From the NCBI GenBank assembly GCA_964658845.1, contig CBAAAE010000002.1, positions 1 through 44,081 of the forward strand: a stretch of 44,081 bases of DNA. The letters run 5' to 3'. The stretch comes from an uncultured Novosphingobium sp. (lineage in GTDB: Bacteria > Acidobacteriota > Terriglobia > Terriglobales > Acidobacteriaceae). Position numbers and translations under genes: made by a program. How positions within the stretch are numbered: the first letter of the stretch is position 1; every line of letters starts with the position of its first letter. The notes beneath the pieces are model-generated. The model was given only the letters and a program-made list of their open reading frames with translations. It had not been told where the DNA came from and did not search any database. Below are positions 1-8,992 of the stretch, one piece after another.

Positions 1-257
1 CCATCGCGCAGAGCGGCCTGCTGTTCTGGAACACGCTGTTCGATGAGAACGCTGCAAGCCACATCGCACTTGGACAGGCGTACGCCACGTGCATCCTGCA
101 TGGCGAGACACTGGACGAAACCACGCTGAACAGCAAAGGCGCGAACACCAGCCTGATCCACGTGGACTGGATGATCGGCGGCGGCAGCATGGACGTGCAC
201 GGCTTGCGCGCCGACGGTACGGAAGAGCCGCTGATGCGCAAGGGCGAGTGGGTGTAG
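1..257 (+). CDS. Aminopeptidase, M29 family (AmpS/PepS/AmpT), C-terminal part, truncated by window edge
   Basis: Frame +3 translated by hand: [27 protein letters not shown]...[14 protein letters not shown]...PLMRKGEWV*. The LFDENA-HIALG and N-S-HVDWMIG motifs are typical of M29. Not in the ORF track. Confidence 0.9.
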   Translation, partial: IAQSGLLFWNTLFDENAASHIALGQAYATCILHGETLDETTLNSKGANTSLIHVDWMIGGGSMDVHGLRADGTEEPLMRKGEWV

Positions 258-285
258 CAGAGCCGCGCCCGTTGTACTGAGTGAA

Positions 286-336
286 GCCGTCATCCCCATG
301 CGGCTGTCATCCTTACGCAGCCGTCATTCTGAGCGA
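286..336. repeat. Three degenerate tandem 17-bp units (GCYGTCATYC...) leading into a REP element
   Basis: gccgtcatccccatgcg / gctgtcatccttacgca / gccgtcattctgagcga at 286, 303, 320. Confidence 0.7.
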
Positions 337-455
337 AGCGAAGGATCCTCCACATCTAAAATCAGTCAAAGTTCCCAGGCTTTCTCGCGAGGAAGCCACC
401 AGCTTCGCACCGGAACGAAAGGTCGAGGGATCCTTCTCTCTGCTCAGGATGACGG
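321..455. repeat. REP-like palindromic element (CGTC-tagged type), copy 1
   Basis: Left arm CCGTCATTCTGAGCGAAGCGAAGGATCC (321-348); right arm GGATCCTTC...GCTCAGGATGACGG (428-455); intergenic. Confidence 0.85.
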
Positions 456-505
456 TTCTCGTCGCGGGCTAAAGACGGAGGCACAAGCTGCCGAGCGGAC
501 TCATC

Positions 506-1438
506 ATGGCTGATCGCGATACACTCGAACGCGGCATGGAACCTGCAACTCTTCACGGCCTTGGCACTGCTCTTGTCACACCCTTTCACGCGGATGAGAG
601 CGTCGACTACGCTTCTCTGAAGGCGCTCGTCGACCTGCAGATCGACGCCGGTGTTGATTTCCTTGTGCCCTGCGGCTCCACCGGCGAAGCCAGCACGCTG
701 AGCGAAGACGAGACAGATGCGGTCATCCGCACCGTGATCGAAGCTGCTGACGGCCGTGTCCCGGTGATGGCCGGATGCACGCACAACGCGACCGCCGAGG
801 CGGTCCGGCGCGCGACGCGAATCTCGAAGATCAAAGGCCTTTACGGCGTCCTCTCGGCGAACCCGTACTACAACAAGCCGAGCCAGCAGGGCCAGTACCT
901 GCACTTCAAGAACATCGCCGAGGCCATCGGTCTGCCGCTGCTGCTGTACAACATTCCGGGCCGGACTGCCGCCAACATGGAGCCGGCTACGCTGCTCCGT
1001 CTTGCCGAGCTGCCGAACGTTATCGGTGTGAAGGAGTCGAGCGGCAACCTGCAGCAGATCGGCGAACTGCTTGCGAACGCACCCGCAACGTTCGCTGTCT
1101 TTGCGGGCGACGACTACTTGGCGCTGCCGATCATCGCAGGCGGTGGCGTAGGCCTGATTTCAGTTGCATCGAACGTCGCGCCGAAGCTGGTCTCGGAACT
1201 CGTACGTGCGGCCCTGTCGCATGACCTTCCCGCGGCGCGTGAGCTTGCACGCCGGCTTCACCCCTTGATGAAAACCCTGTTCACCGAGCCAAACCCGTCA
1301 CCCGCCAAGGCCGCCCTCGCGATGATGCGCGTGATTGAGGGCGACACGCTGCGCCTGCCCATGATCCCAGTGGCAGACGCCACGCGCAAGACGTTGCGCA
1401 GTGAGGCTTTAGAGCTTGGACTTACAATCCCTGCTTAG
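506..1438 (+). CDS. dapA: 4-hydroxy-tetrahydrodipicolinate synthase
   Basis: GTALVTPF, GSTGEA, PYYNKPSQ, LYNIPGRT, GVKESSG (Schiff-base Lys) and EPNPSPAK motifs. The start may be ATG 536. Confidence 0.95.
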   Translation: MADRDTLERGMEPATLHGLGTALVTPFHADESVDYASLKALVDLQIDAGVDFLVPCGSTGEASTLSEDETDAVIRTVIEAADGRVPVMAGCTHNATAEAVRRATRISKIKGLYGVLSANPYYNKPSQQGQYLHFKNIAEAIGLPLLLYNIPGRTAANMEPATLLRLAELPNVIGVKESSGNLQQIGELLANAPATFAVFAGDDYLALPIIAGGGVGLISVASNVAPKLVSELVRAALSHDLPAARELARRLHPLMKTLFTEPNPSPAKAALAMMRVIEGDTLRLPMIPVADATRKTLRSEALELGLTIPA

Positions 1439-1781
1439 CCTGCGCCAGTGACGCGAACCAGTCTGCGTACGGCGTGTTCTTAGCCAGGTGCCGGTTGTAG
1501 TCCGGGCTGCCGTCGGTCCACCAGGGCGCACCGCGTTCGCCGAGAGCGTGCTTCGCGGCATCGACTAGCTTGCGCGCAGCTTCGCGAGCCTCTGCATCGC
1601 CTGCAAGCATGGCAACGCCTTTCGCGCGGCGCGCCAACATCAGTTCGCGGACCAGGGCCTCACGCCGCTCCTCAGGCAGAACCGGATCAGAACACCGCCA
1701 CAACCTGCCACGAACGACGAAGTATCGACCATCCGGCGTGACGGAAGGGCGGAGATCCGCTTGTGATGGAGCCTTCTGCAT
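1422..1781 (-). CDS. Conserved hypothetical small protein (TPDGRYFVVRGRLWR...GERGAPWW...PY.DW type)
   Basis: C-terminal 119 aa of ORF 1422..2030, from ATG 1781. It resembles a family I recall from soil bacteria. The longer N-terminus overlaps dapD and is rejected. Confidence 0.7.
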   Translation of the reverse strand: MQKAPSQADLRPSVTPDGRYFVVRGRLWRCSDPVLPEERREALVRELMLARRAKGVAMLAGDAEAREAARKLVDAAKHALGERGAPWWTDGSPDYNRHLAKNTPYADWFASLAQAKQGL

Positions 1782-1836
1782 GCGCTTGATAGGATGCCTG
1801 CCTGCATGTTGTTGACACCATGGGTAAACTTGCTTC

Positions 1837-2673
1837 ATGCCTTTTGAAGACCTGGAACAACGCATCGAGCATGCGTTCTCGCTTGGTGCCGGCGCCGTGG
1901 CTGAACGCAGCTCGATCGACGCCTTTAATGAACTGCGTACCGCCCTTGAGAGCGGCGCTCTGCGCTCCGCCGAACCTGACGCAACGGCCCCCCTCGGCTG
2001 GAAGGTGAACGCGTGGGTCAAGCGTGGCATCCTGCTGGGCTTTCGCCTGGGATCGCTGGTCGAGATGAGCGCCGGTGCCTACGTGGACAAGCACACCTAT
2101 CCTGCGCGCATCTTCACGCCGGAAGACGGAATACGCATTGTTCCCGGCGGTTCCAGCGTGCGTGCGGGAGCGTTTCTTGCGCGATCCGTCGTCTGCATGC
2201 CGCCCATGTACGTCAACGTGGGGGCGTATGTCGATGAGGGCACCATGATCGACTCGCACGCGCTGGTCGGCTCATGCGCGCAGATCGGCAAGCGCGTCCA
2301 TCTGTCCGCGGCCGCGCAGATCGGTGGGGTGCTTGAGCCGGTAAATGCTACACCCGTCATCATCGAGGACGACGTCCTGGTGGGCGGCAACACCGGCGTT
2401 TATGAGGGCACCGTGGTTCGCAGTAAAGCTGTACTCGCGGCCGGCACCATCCTGACGCGCGGCACGCCCGTCTACGACCTGGTGAACGGCACTACCATCC
2501 GGGCCACAGCGGACACGCCTCTGATCATCCCCGCAGGTGCGGTGGTCGTTCCTGGATCGCGCGCCATCAGCAAGCCCGGTGCGGAAGGCCTCAGCATCTA
2601 TACGCCGATCATCGTGAAGTACCGCGACGACAAGACGGAGCTGTCCCTGACGCTCGAAGACCTGCTGCGCTGA
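1837..2673 (+). CDS. dapD: 2,3,4,5-tetrahydropyridine-2,6-dicarboxylate N-succinyltransferase
   Basis: [46 protein letters not shown]; hexapeptide repeats. Confidence 0.95.
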   Translation: MPFEDLEQRIEHAFSLGAGAVAERSSIDAFNELRTALESGALRSAEPDATAPLGWKVNAWVKRGILLGFRLGSLVEMSAGAYVDKHTYPARIFTPEDGIRIVPGGSSVRAGAFLARSVVCMPPMYVNVGAYVDEGTMIDSHALVGSCAQIGKRVHLSAAAQIGGVLEPVNATPVIIEDDVLVGGNTGVYEGTVVRSKAVLAAGTILTRGTPVYDLVNGTTIRATADTPLIIPAGAVVVPGSRAISKPGAEGLSIYTPIIVKYRDDKTELSLTLEDLLR

Positions 2674-2675
2674 CT

Positions 2676-3881
2676 TCAGGCGTAGGAACTGCCTGCGCCT
2701 GCGTTCTTCGCGGCACGTTCGCCCGTGATGCGTTCGACATATCCACTCGCACGCAAGGCGGCCAGCGGATCCGCCGGTAGATTGCGCGCCGTCCGCCAGG
2801 CCTGCACCACCGCCCGAACATCCGTGTAGAAGCAGCCGCGGAAGTGCTCTTCCGCTTCGACCAGCCGGCAACCATCCTGCAGTTCGGCGAGCAGGGCCTG
2901 GTCGACCAGCGCCGCGCGCGCATACAATTCCTGCGCGCTGCAGACGGTCTGCACCATGGCCTCCATCTTGCCTTTCAGGTTGTGGCTCTGGTCGATCATG
3001 TAGGCAATGTCGCTGCCCTTCCCCGACCCTTCGAAGCTGACGATCTCGTGAAAGATCCGGAAGATCTGGTACGGATCAATCGACCCCAGCGTCAGGTCAT
3101 CGTCGGCGTATTTGCGGTCGTTGAAGTGGAAGCCACCGAGCGCGCCCAGGTGCAGCAGCCAGGCCACGATCTGCTCGATGTTGGTGCCGAGCGCATGGTG
3201 TCCCGTGTCGACCAGCACCACGGCCTGTGGACCGGCAGCTTTCGCAAGCGTGTAGGCCATGCCCCAGTCGGCGATATCCGTGTGGTAAAAAGCCGGTTCG
3301 AAGGGCTTGTACTCGACGAGGAGCCGTTGCTCCGGACCCAACTCCGCGTGCGTGCGTTGCAGCGCTTCTTGCAGCCAGCCGATGCGCCTTGCGATGCTCT
3401 GCGTGCCGGGATAATTGGACCCGTCCGAGAGCCATAGGGAAACATCCTGCGATCCAAGCGCCTTCGCGATGCGCACCGAGGCCAGCATATGTTCCAGCGC
3501 CTTCGCGCGCACGGCCGGGTCAGGGTTGCAGAGCGATCCGAACTTGTATTCCTGCTCTTGGAACAGGTTGGGATTGATCGAGCCGGCGCGGACGCCATGC
3601 TGCTGCTCGAGCGCGCGGATCTCCGCAACGGAGCGCTCGCCCGCTGGCAGGTCCCAGAGCACGTGCAGCGCGACCGTGGGCGCCACCCCGGTCAGCCGGT
3701 TGACCTCGCCGGCATCCGCGAATTTCTCCGCGATATTGGTAGCCGCAGCGGGCTGAAGGAACTTGCCGAAGCGGGTCCCCGTGTTCGCAAAGCCCCACGA
3801 TGGCAGCTCGATGCGAAAGCCATCCAGCGCCTTGCACACACTTGCCTGCTGCAGATCCGACAGTGCACCCACATTCCCCAT
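2676..3881 (-). CDS. rhaI: L-rhamnose isomerase, xylose-isomerase-like TIM barrel (RhaI subtype)
   Basis: ELPSWGFANTGTRF, VEYKPFEPAFY, DTGHH, HFNDRKYADDDL and MIDQSHN metal-binding motifs. Confidence 0.85.
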   Translation of the reverse strand: MGNVGALSDLQQASVCKALDGFRIELPSWGFANTGTRFGKFLQPAAATNIAEKFADAGEVNRLTGVAPTVALHVLWDLPAGERSVAEIRALEQQHGVRAGSINPNLFQEQEYKFGSLCNPDPAVRAKALEHMLASVRIAKALGSQDVSLWLSDGSNYPGTQSIARRIGWLQEALQRTHAELGPEQRLLVEYKPFEPAFYHTDIADWGMAYTLAKAAGPQAVVLVDTGHHALGTNIEQIVAWLLHLGALGGFHFNDRKYADDDLTLGSIDPYQIFRIFHEIVSFEGSGKGSDIAYMIDQSHNLKGKMEAMVQTVCSAQELYARAALVDQALLAELQDGCRLVEAEEHFRGCFYTDVRAVVQAWRTARNLPADPLAALRASGYVERITGERAAKNAGAGSSYA

Positions 3882-3982
3882 GATCGTTTTGTCCCCGCGC
3901 CAGATGTTCTCGGTACCAGGATCACATCCTACCTAACGATCTTGAATGGTCTGCGATGGTCTGCTGCGATAATCCAGAAATC

Positions 3983-4723
3983 ATGTTGCGAGCGGCGTTG
4001 CTGCACCACGATCATGAAGAGACCGATAGTGACGGGTTCCGCCTGCGCGGGTTGGGCTTTTCACGCCTGGACGCCTTCTCCGACGTAGTCTTCGGATTTG
4101 CGCTCACCCTGCTTGTCGTCTCCCTTGAAGTGCCGAAAAACTTCGAGGAGCTGCACCATCTGTGGAGCGGCTTTCTGCCGTTTGGCATCAGCTTTCTGCT
4201 CCTGATGCTGATCTGGTACGGGCACTTCACGTACTTCCGCCGGTTCGGAACACACGACGCGGGCACCGTATGGCTGAACGGAATCCTGCTGTTTGTCGTG
4301 CTGTTTTACGTCTATCCGCTCAAGTTTCTGTTCCTGTCCGCCTTTGGCCAGGCGGGATCGCTGGATAGCGCGCACGACACGCGAGAGGTGGTCCTGCTGT
4401 TTGCCTCAGGCCTTGCCATGCTCTACTTCCTGTTCGCAGCGATGTATGCCAACGCCTATCGCCAAAGGGAGAAGCTGGAATTGAGCACGATCGAGCGCAT
4501 GCTGACGAAGAGTTTCATTCTGGAAGAGGCCGGCACCGGCAGTATTGGTCTGCTGGTCTGCCTGCTGGCCGTGGTGTTGCCGCCTGGCAAGGCGGGTGAA
4601 GCCTGCCTGGTGTTCCTGGTCATTGGCGCCTGGAAGAGCTTCATGGGTGCAAGAGCGGGCAGGACTGCGCGCAGAATGCGCAAGTCGGGAGACCAAGCCC
4701 ACATTGGGAATAGGCAATCTTAA
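3983..4723 (+). CDS. TMEM175-family (DUF1211) potassium channel
   Basis: RLDAFSDVVFGFALTLLV (RxxxFSD signature), about 6 TM segments, WxxH motif. The start is 3983 or 3956. Confidence 0.85.
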   Translation: MLRAALLHHDHEETDSDGFRLRGLGFSRLDAFSDVVFGFALTLLVVSLEVPKNFEELHHLWSGFLPFGISFLLLMLIWYGHFTYFRRFGTHDAGTVWLNGILLFVVLFYVYPLKFLFLSAFGQAGSLDSAHDTREVVLLFASGLAMLYFLFAAMYANAYRQREKLELSTIERMLTKSFILEEAGTGSIGLLVCLLAVVLPPGKAGEACLVFLVIGAWKSFMGARAGRTARRMRKSGDQAHIGNRQS

Positions 4724-4750
4724 GGCCAACACTGCTAGCATGACAGATGA

Positions 4751-6412
4751 ATGAATACTGATTCGCTTAAAGTAATCCCGCTGGGTGGCCTCGGCGAGTT
4801 CGGCATGAACTGCATGGCCATCCGATGGAAGGACGAGATCATCGTCATTGACGCCGGCCTGATGTTCCCCGAGGATGACCTCCTCGGCGTGGACATCGTG
4901 GTTCCTGACATCACTTACCTGCTCGAAAACCGCAGCATGGTCCGCGGCATCCTGCTGACGCACGGGCACGAGGATCACATCGGCGGTCTGCCCCGCTTTC
5001 TGGCGCAGTTGAACGTGCCCGTCTACGGCACCGAGTTCACGCTGACCTACGTCGAAGGCAAGCTCGAAGAGCACAAGCTGCTGGACGACGCCGACCTGAT
5101 CGAGATGCTGCCGGGCGAAAGCTTCGACCTGGGGCCGTTCCACATCTCGCCGATCCGGGTCACGCACTCGCTCGTCGATTGTGTTGCGCTTGCGATTCGG
5201 ACGCCCATCGGCACCATCGTCCATACCGGCGACTTCAAGATCGACCTGTCGTCTCCTGATGGCAAGCCCTTTGACCTGCAAAGCTTCGCGCAACTGGGCA
5301 AGGAAGGCGTTCTGCTGCTGCTGCAGGACTCTACCAACTGCGACCGTCCCGGCTTTACCCCGGGCGAACTCGCTGTGAAGCCGAGGCTCGACGAGATCTT
5401 CGCACGCACCGAACGCCGGCTGTTTTTCTCGTGCTTTTCGTCCTCGATCCACCGCATCAAGCTGGCCATGGACCTGGCACACAAGCACGGTCGCAAGGTC
5501 GCGCTGATCGGCCGGTCCATGGACAATTCGACCGAGATCGCGCAGGACCTGGGCTACATCAACCCACCGGCTGGGTTGATCATCCACAGTGGCCAGATCA
5601 AGGACATGCCGCCGGAAAAAGTCTGCGTCATGATCAGCGGTACGCAGGGCGAGCCCATGAGCGCGCTCAGCCGCGCCGCGGTGGACAATCACAAGCACGC
5701 GCGCATTGAAGCCGGCGATACCGTCTTGTTTTCCTCGCGCGTCATCCCCGGCAACGAGAAGGCGATCTACAACGTCATCGACCACCTCTACCGCCGCAAG
5801 GCGAAGGTGATCCACGACGACGGCCGCAGCGGCTTGATCCACGTCAGCGGTCATGGCAGCCAGGAAGAGCTCCGCCTGATGATCAACCTGCTGAAGCCGA
5901 AGTTCTTCGTGCCCGTGCACGGTGATTATCGCCACCTGACGCAGCACATCGAGATCGCCGTCGGCACCGGCGTCCCGGAAAAGACCGTCCTTCTGGAAGA
6001 CGGTGAAGTTCTGGAACTGACCGCGACCACCGCGGAAAAGACCACCAAGGTTGCCAGCGGACGCATCCTCATCGATTCGGGTTCGACCTCGGATGTGGTG
6101 GAAGACATCATCATCCGCGACCGCCGTCACCTGAGCGAGGCGGGGCTGGTGCTCGCCATCATCACCATCGACAAGATGAGCGGCAAGCAGCAGGGACAGC
6201 CCGAAATCGTCACACGCGGCTTCGCGGTGAACGAAGAAGGCATCATCAAGGACGCCCGCCGCATCATCGGGCAGACGCTCGAGCAGTCCTCCGCCGAGGA
6301 GAAGCGCGACTGGATGCTGATCAAGGAAAAGATCCGCGCAGACCTGAAGCGCTACATTCAGAAAAATACACAGCGCCGGCCCATGATCATGCCGGTCATC
6401 CTCGAAATCTGA
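4751..6412 (+). CDS. rnj: Ribonuclease J
   Basis: IPLGGLGEFGMN, THGHEDHIG, HTGDFKID, GTQGEPMSAL, HVSGHGSQEE, C-terminal RRPMIMPVILEI. Confidence 0.97.
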   Translation: MNTDSLKVIPLGGLGEFGMNCMAIRWKDEIIVIDAGLMFPEDDLLGVDIVVPDITYLLENRSMVRGILLTHGHEDHIGGLPRFLAQLNVPVYGTEFTLTYVEGKLEEHKLLDDADLIEMLPGESFDLGPFHISPIRVTHSLVDCVALAIRTPIGTIVHTGDFKIDLSSPDGKPFDLQSFAQLGKEGVLLLLQDSTNCDRPGFTPGELAVKPRLDEIFARTERRLFFSCFSSSIHRIKLAMDLAHKHGRKVALIGRSMDNSTEIAQDLGYINPPAGLIIHSGQIKDMPPEKVCVMISGTQGEPMSALSRAAVDNHKHARIEAGDTVLFSSRVIPGNEKAIYNVIDHLYRRKAKVIHDDGRSGLIHVSGHGSQEELRLMINLLKPKFFVPVHGDYRHLTQHIEIAVGTGVPEKTVLLEDGEVLELTATTAEKTTKVASGRILIDSGSTSDVVEDIIIRDRRHLSEAGLVLAIITIDKMSGKQQGQPEIVTRGFAVNEEGIIKDARRIIGQTLEQSSAEEKRDWMLIKEKIRADLKRYIQKNTQRRPMIMPVILEI

Positions 6413-6430
6413 CCCTTGTTTCATGAATGA

Positions 6431-6473
6431 GAAAGCGAAGCGCTGCGACCCTGTTCACGGCGCTTCTGCTTTC
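6431..6473. terminator. Stem-loop between convergent rnj and CPBP genes, possible terminator
   Basis: GAAAGC-GAAGCGC (6431-6443) pairs with GCGCTTC-t-GCTTTC (6460-6473); no strong U-tract. Confidence 0.45.
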
Positions 6474-6524
6474 CGGCTGTTGTGTTTCAGACACCGGAAG
6501 CGGATGCGGCAAGCGCGTTTCCTG

Positions 6525-7562
6525 TTACCTAAGCGGCCTCAGAGGAAATGCTGCTTCCGCGCCACGATCAGCATGGAGGGCAGATACGCCTCTCCGCACC
6601 TTCCATTCGAGCCCGATAGCCACCACCAGGAGGGCGATAGCCATCCTTGTCATGATGGCAAAGTGCTGTGAGGAGATCACGTAAAGCGCACCTACGGAGG
6701 CGAGCAGGGTGCAAGAAGCGAGAGAGGGCTTAGAGATGACTTGCCTGGCGGCCTGCAGTCCCGTTCGAGAGAAGACCAGAAAACCGACGACGAATGTGCT
6801 GAGCAGAACGATTTGGTACCTGGGCGTCATCGGTATGTTGATGACTGCGTGAGCGATCATCGATGGAATGAGTGACCGCGTGTACGCGAAGACGACTCCA
6901 AGCCCCAGGGCAAGGCAAAATAAGCTCAGTACCATACCTACGTTGTAGGCGTTTGGAATGAAGTACTGCTTATGCGCAAAGACAAACAAGCATGCCGTAC
7001 CCAGGATGGCTGGAGCATCGCCCCAATCTTCAGCGAGACGGCGCTGGTAGTACCCCCGGAACAGCAGCTCCTCCACGACGGGCACCACTGCGTAGCTGGC
7101 TACCGCTGCAAAGAGCCAGAATTGCCATCGCTGCCATGAGGTATCGAAAAATGCCTGTCGCCAGGGAGCCATGGGACCAAGGGGATGAACGGCATCGACC
7201 AGCGACAAGATAAGCACGGGGCATTCAGACAGGCATGCCGCAGCCAGCCCTGCAGCAACGAGCCACTTCATGGAACGACCTGCCCGCGTGAGTCCGTAAG
7301 CCTTTGGACCGCGACGCCGGTACCACCAGTTCAGCGGGATAATGATCGCGAAATAGGACCCGTATTGCAGAACCCAGATGAGCAGCAGGCGGCGGCTTGC
7401 GAGCAGCAGATCGGCATCGGAAGTGTGGCTGGTGAGTAGAGCAAAGGGATTTAACACCGAGACGATGTGCAATCGGGCAAGCAGGTTGATGAGTCCATCC
7501 TCAAGCGCGCCTGCGGCAAGATAGACTCCGAGAACTTCGAGCAGAGCAGCCGTTCGTTTCAA
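6525..7562 (-). CDS. CPBP-family (Abi/CAAX type II) intramembrane glutamic endopeptidase
   Basis: VEELLFRG, FVFAH and SMIAHAVIN motifs (EExxxR, FxxxH, HxxxN); multi-TM; TTG start; visibly more AT-rich than flanking core genes. Confidence 0.9.
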   Translation of the reverse strand: MKRTAALLEVLGVYLAAGALEDGLINLLARLHIVSVLNPFALLTSHTSDADLLLASRRLLLIWVLQYGSYFAIIIPLNWWYRRRGPKAYGLTRAGRSMKWLVAAGLAAACLSECPVLILSLVDAVHPLGPMAPWRQAFFDTSWQRWQFWLFAAVASYAVVPVVEELLFRGYYQRRLAEDWGDAPAILGTACLFVFAHKQYFIPNAYNVGMVLSLFCLALGLGVVFAYTRSLIPSMIAHAVINIPMTPRYQIVLLSTFVVGFLVFSRTGLQAARQVISKPSLASCTLLASVGALYVISSQHFAIMTRMAIALLVVAIGLEWKVRRGVSALHADRGAEAAFPLRPLR

Positions 7563-7646
7563 GGCACCCTCGGTTTACAGGCAGCAGGTCAGACACCCAA
7601 ACGGAACTAAGCATGGCATCGAAAATCAGTCCTGTGAAGTCACACT

Positions 7647-7863
7647 CTGTGGGCAGTTGAGGTCGTTCGCCGAGCTGCCTCTTGAGCCACAAAATCTCGC
7701 GCGCGCCCGACAAGGCAGGGATTCCTTAAGGAATCACTCATCACCCTAGAAGACATACAGGCTGCACAGCAGCGTATCTCTGGCACGGGGTTCGCACGGC
7801 CGCTCCGGTTGAAACCGCGCCGCATGTGCGCGGCGGGTCACCATGAGCGCCCGTTCGGCCAAG
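7647..7863 (+). pseudogene. Degenerate copy of the upstream region and first ~45 codons of the dehydratase gene at 8993
   Basis: Aligns to 8899-9140. It reads ESLITLEDIQAAQQRISGT versus EALITLDDIHAAQKRISGT, then frameshifts, then RLKPRRMCAAG versus RLDPRRMRAAG. The start codon is lost. Confidence 0.85.
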
Positions 7864-7864
7864 C

Positions 7865-7928
7865 GCTCTTCCCGTTCCCCTGGCCACGGCATCAGCGACC
7901 GATCGGCACAGCGTGAGTGGGGAAGAGC
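7865..7928. terminator. Imperfect palindrome immediately downstream of the TIGR03435 stop
   Basis: GCTCTTCCC (7865-7873) and GGGAAGAGC (7920-7928) form a perfect 9-bp inverted repeat with weaker inner pairing. Confidence 0.4.
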
Positions 7929-8815
7929 TAGTTTGGTGAAGGCCGTTCAACATGATCGATGATCAGGTTCTCTATTTGGTCTTTCCGCGACTCCAGCTTC
8001 AATCCAAGCTGTTCCTGCACCGAAGAAAAGACCGAGACTCCCGGGTCCGCTGACCCATCTGCGGCCGGTCCTGCCTGTCCTATGTCCAGGTGCATGTCGT
8101 ACATGCCTTTGAGCCCAGTCTCATCCACGACTGGCCGGCCGGCTGGCCCGGACAGCAGCAGCGCCAGTGTGCCTGTGGTTGCTCCATAGATATCGAGGTG
8201 CCCGTTTGCCTGCCCGCGAACAAAGACTCCACTTCCACCAGGGATGCCAACAGCATCTGGGTGCTGTGCCTGGGCAGCCTCTATCTCACCCGGCTTGGCA
8301 GCCTTCAGCTTTGGCCCATTCTTCGCTACCACCAGCGCATAGATGGACTTCTCCCTCATCTCGCGACGCACCACCAGCCTGCACCGCTCAGCCAGCAGCG
8401 TCTGCATCATCGCATGCAGCATTTGTGTTCGCTGCACCGGGTTTCGCCAGGCCTCCCTGTCCGACTCGGCGATGCGAGCGTCGACGTTATACCGTTCCTG
8501 CGCGAGCGCTGGCGGCATCCCAAGAATCCGTTCCTGCACCAGGTATCCGAGCGGGTCGCCGCTTGTAGGAACGTACGCCGCACCCACCGCCATGAGCAGC
8601 GGACAATTCGTCATGTGAAAGCCGTTCTGGGTGGGCTGCACCTGGTCCGGACTGCACGTGCCGGTATTGTCGACATTTCGGCGGATGGAAGCCACGTCAA
8701 ACGCCATCGGTTTACTGGCCGTCTGAGCAGAGAGGGCCAACTGCACAAAGGTTACCGCGACGGCGGCGGCGTACCCCGCCCCAGTCAGTAGACGTCTGAT
8801 CGAATAGGTGCGCAT
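7928..8815 (-). CDS. TIGR03435 / DUF3738 family secreted protein (Acidobacteria paralogous family)
   Basis: Signal peptide; AFDVASIR, ERYNVDAR, MQTLLAER, RPVVDETGLKG.YD, VQEQLGLKLE, LIIDHVERPSPN. Confidence 0.9.
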   Translation of the reverse strand: MRTYSIRRLLTGAGYAAAVAVTFVQLALSAQTASKPMAFDVASIRRNVDNTGTCSPDQVQPTQNGFHMTNCPLLMAVGAAYVPTSGDPLGYLVQERILGMPPALAQERYNVDARIAESDREAWRNPVQRTQMLHAMMQTLLAERCRLVVRREMREKSIYALVVAKNGPKLKAAKPGEIEAAQAQHPDAVGIPGGSGVFVRGQANGHLDIYGATTGTLALLLSGPAGRPVVDETGLKGMYDMHLDIGQAGPAADGSADPGVSVFSSVQEQLGLKLESRKDQIENLIIDHVERPSPN

Positions 8816-8992
8816 CTCTCAAGATACGTCCTCTGAGTTCCCGGAGTTCCAGAAATCCAGCCTCAATGCACGGGCTGACATCGACAAGGATGGTCGAACT
8901 GTGGGAAGTCGAGATCGATCTCCAAATCTGCCTCGTCGATCCACAAATCGCCTGACGAGCAGAGCATTGCATGCGTGCGCGACAATAACAGC

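Noticed and set aside
286-336. Possible CRISPR-like array
   Set aside because: The units are 17 bp, degenerate and lack spacers, and no cas genes are present.
281-513. Short ORFs 281..472 and 298..513 (VILSEAKDP...)
   Set aside because: They are translations of the REP palindrome. The same applies to the N-terminal extension of ORF 10034 and to ORF 43090..43374.
4406-6424. 672-aa minus-strand ORF and similar long antisense ORFs (e.g. 15258..16031, 31296..32303, 40216..41574)
   Set aside because: They are shadows of well-supported genes in high-GC DNA and have no recognisable motifs.
6525-7562. Abortive-infection defence gene
   Set aside because: The 'Abi' label of the CPBP family is historical. 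The motifs indicate an intramembrane protease and there is no defence context.
6431-7928. Integron attC sites at the hairpins flanking the accessory genes
   Set aside because: There is no RYYYAAC/GTTRRRY core and no integrase in the window, so they are kept only as unexplained palindromes.
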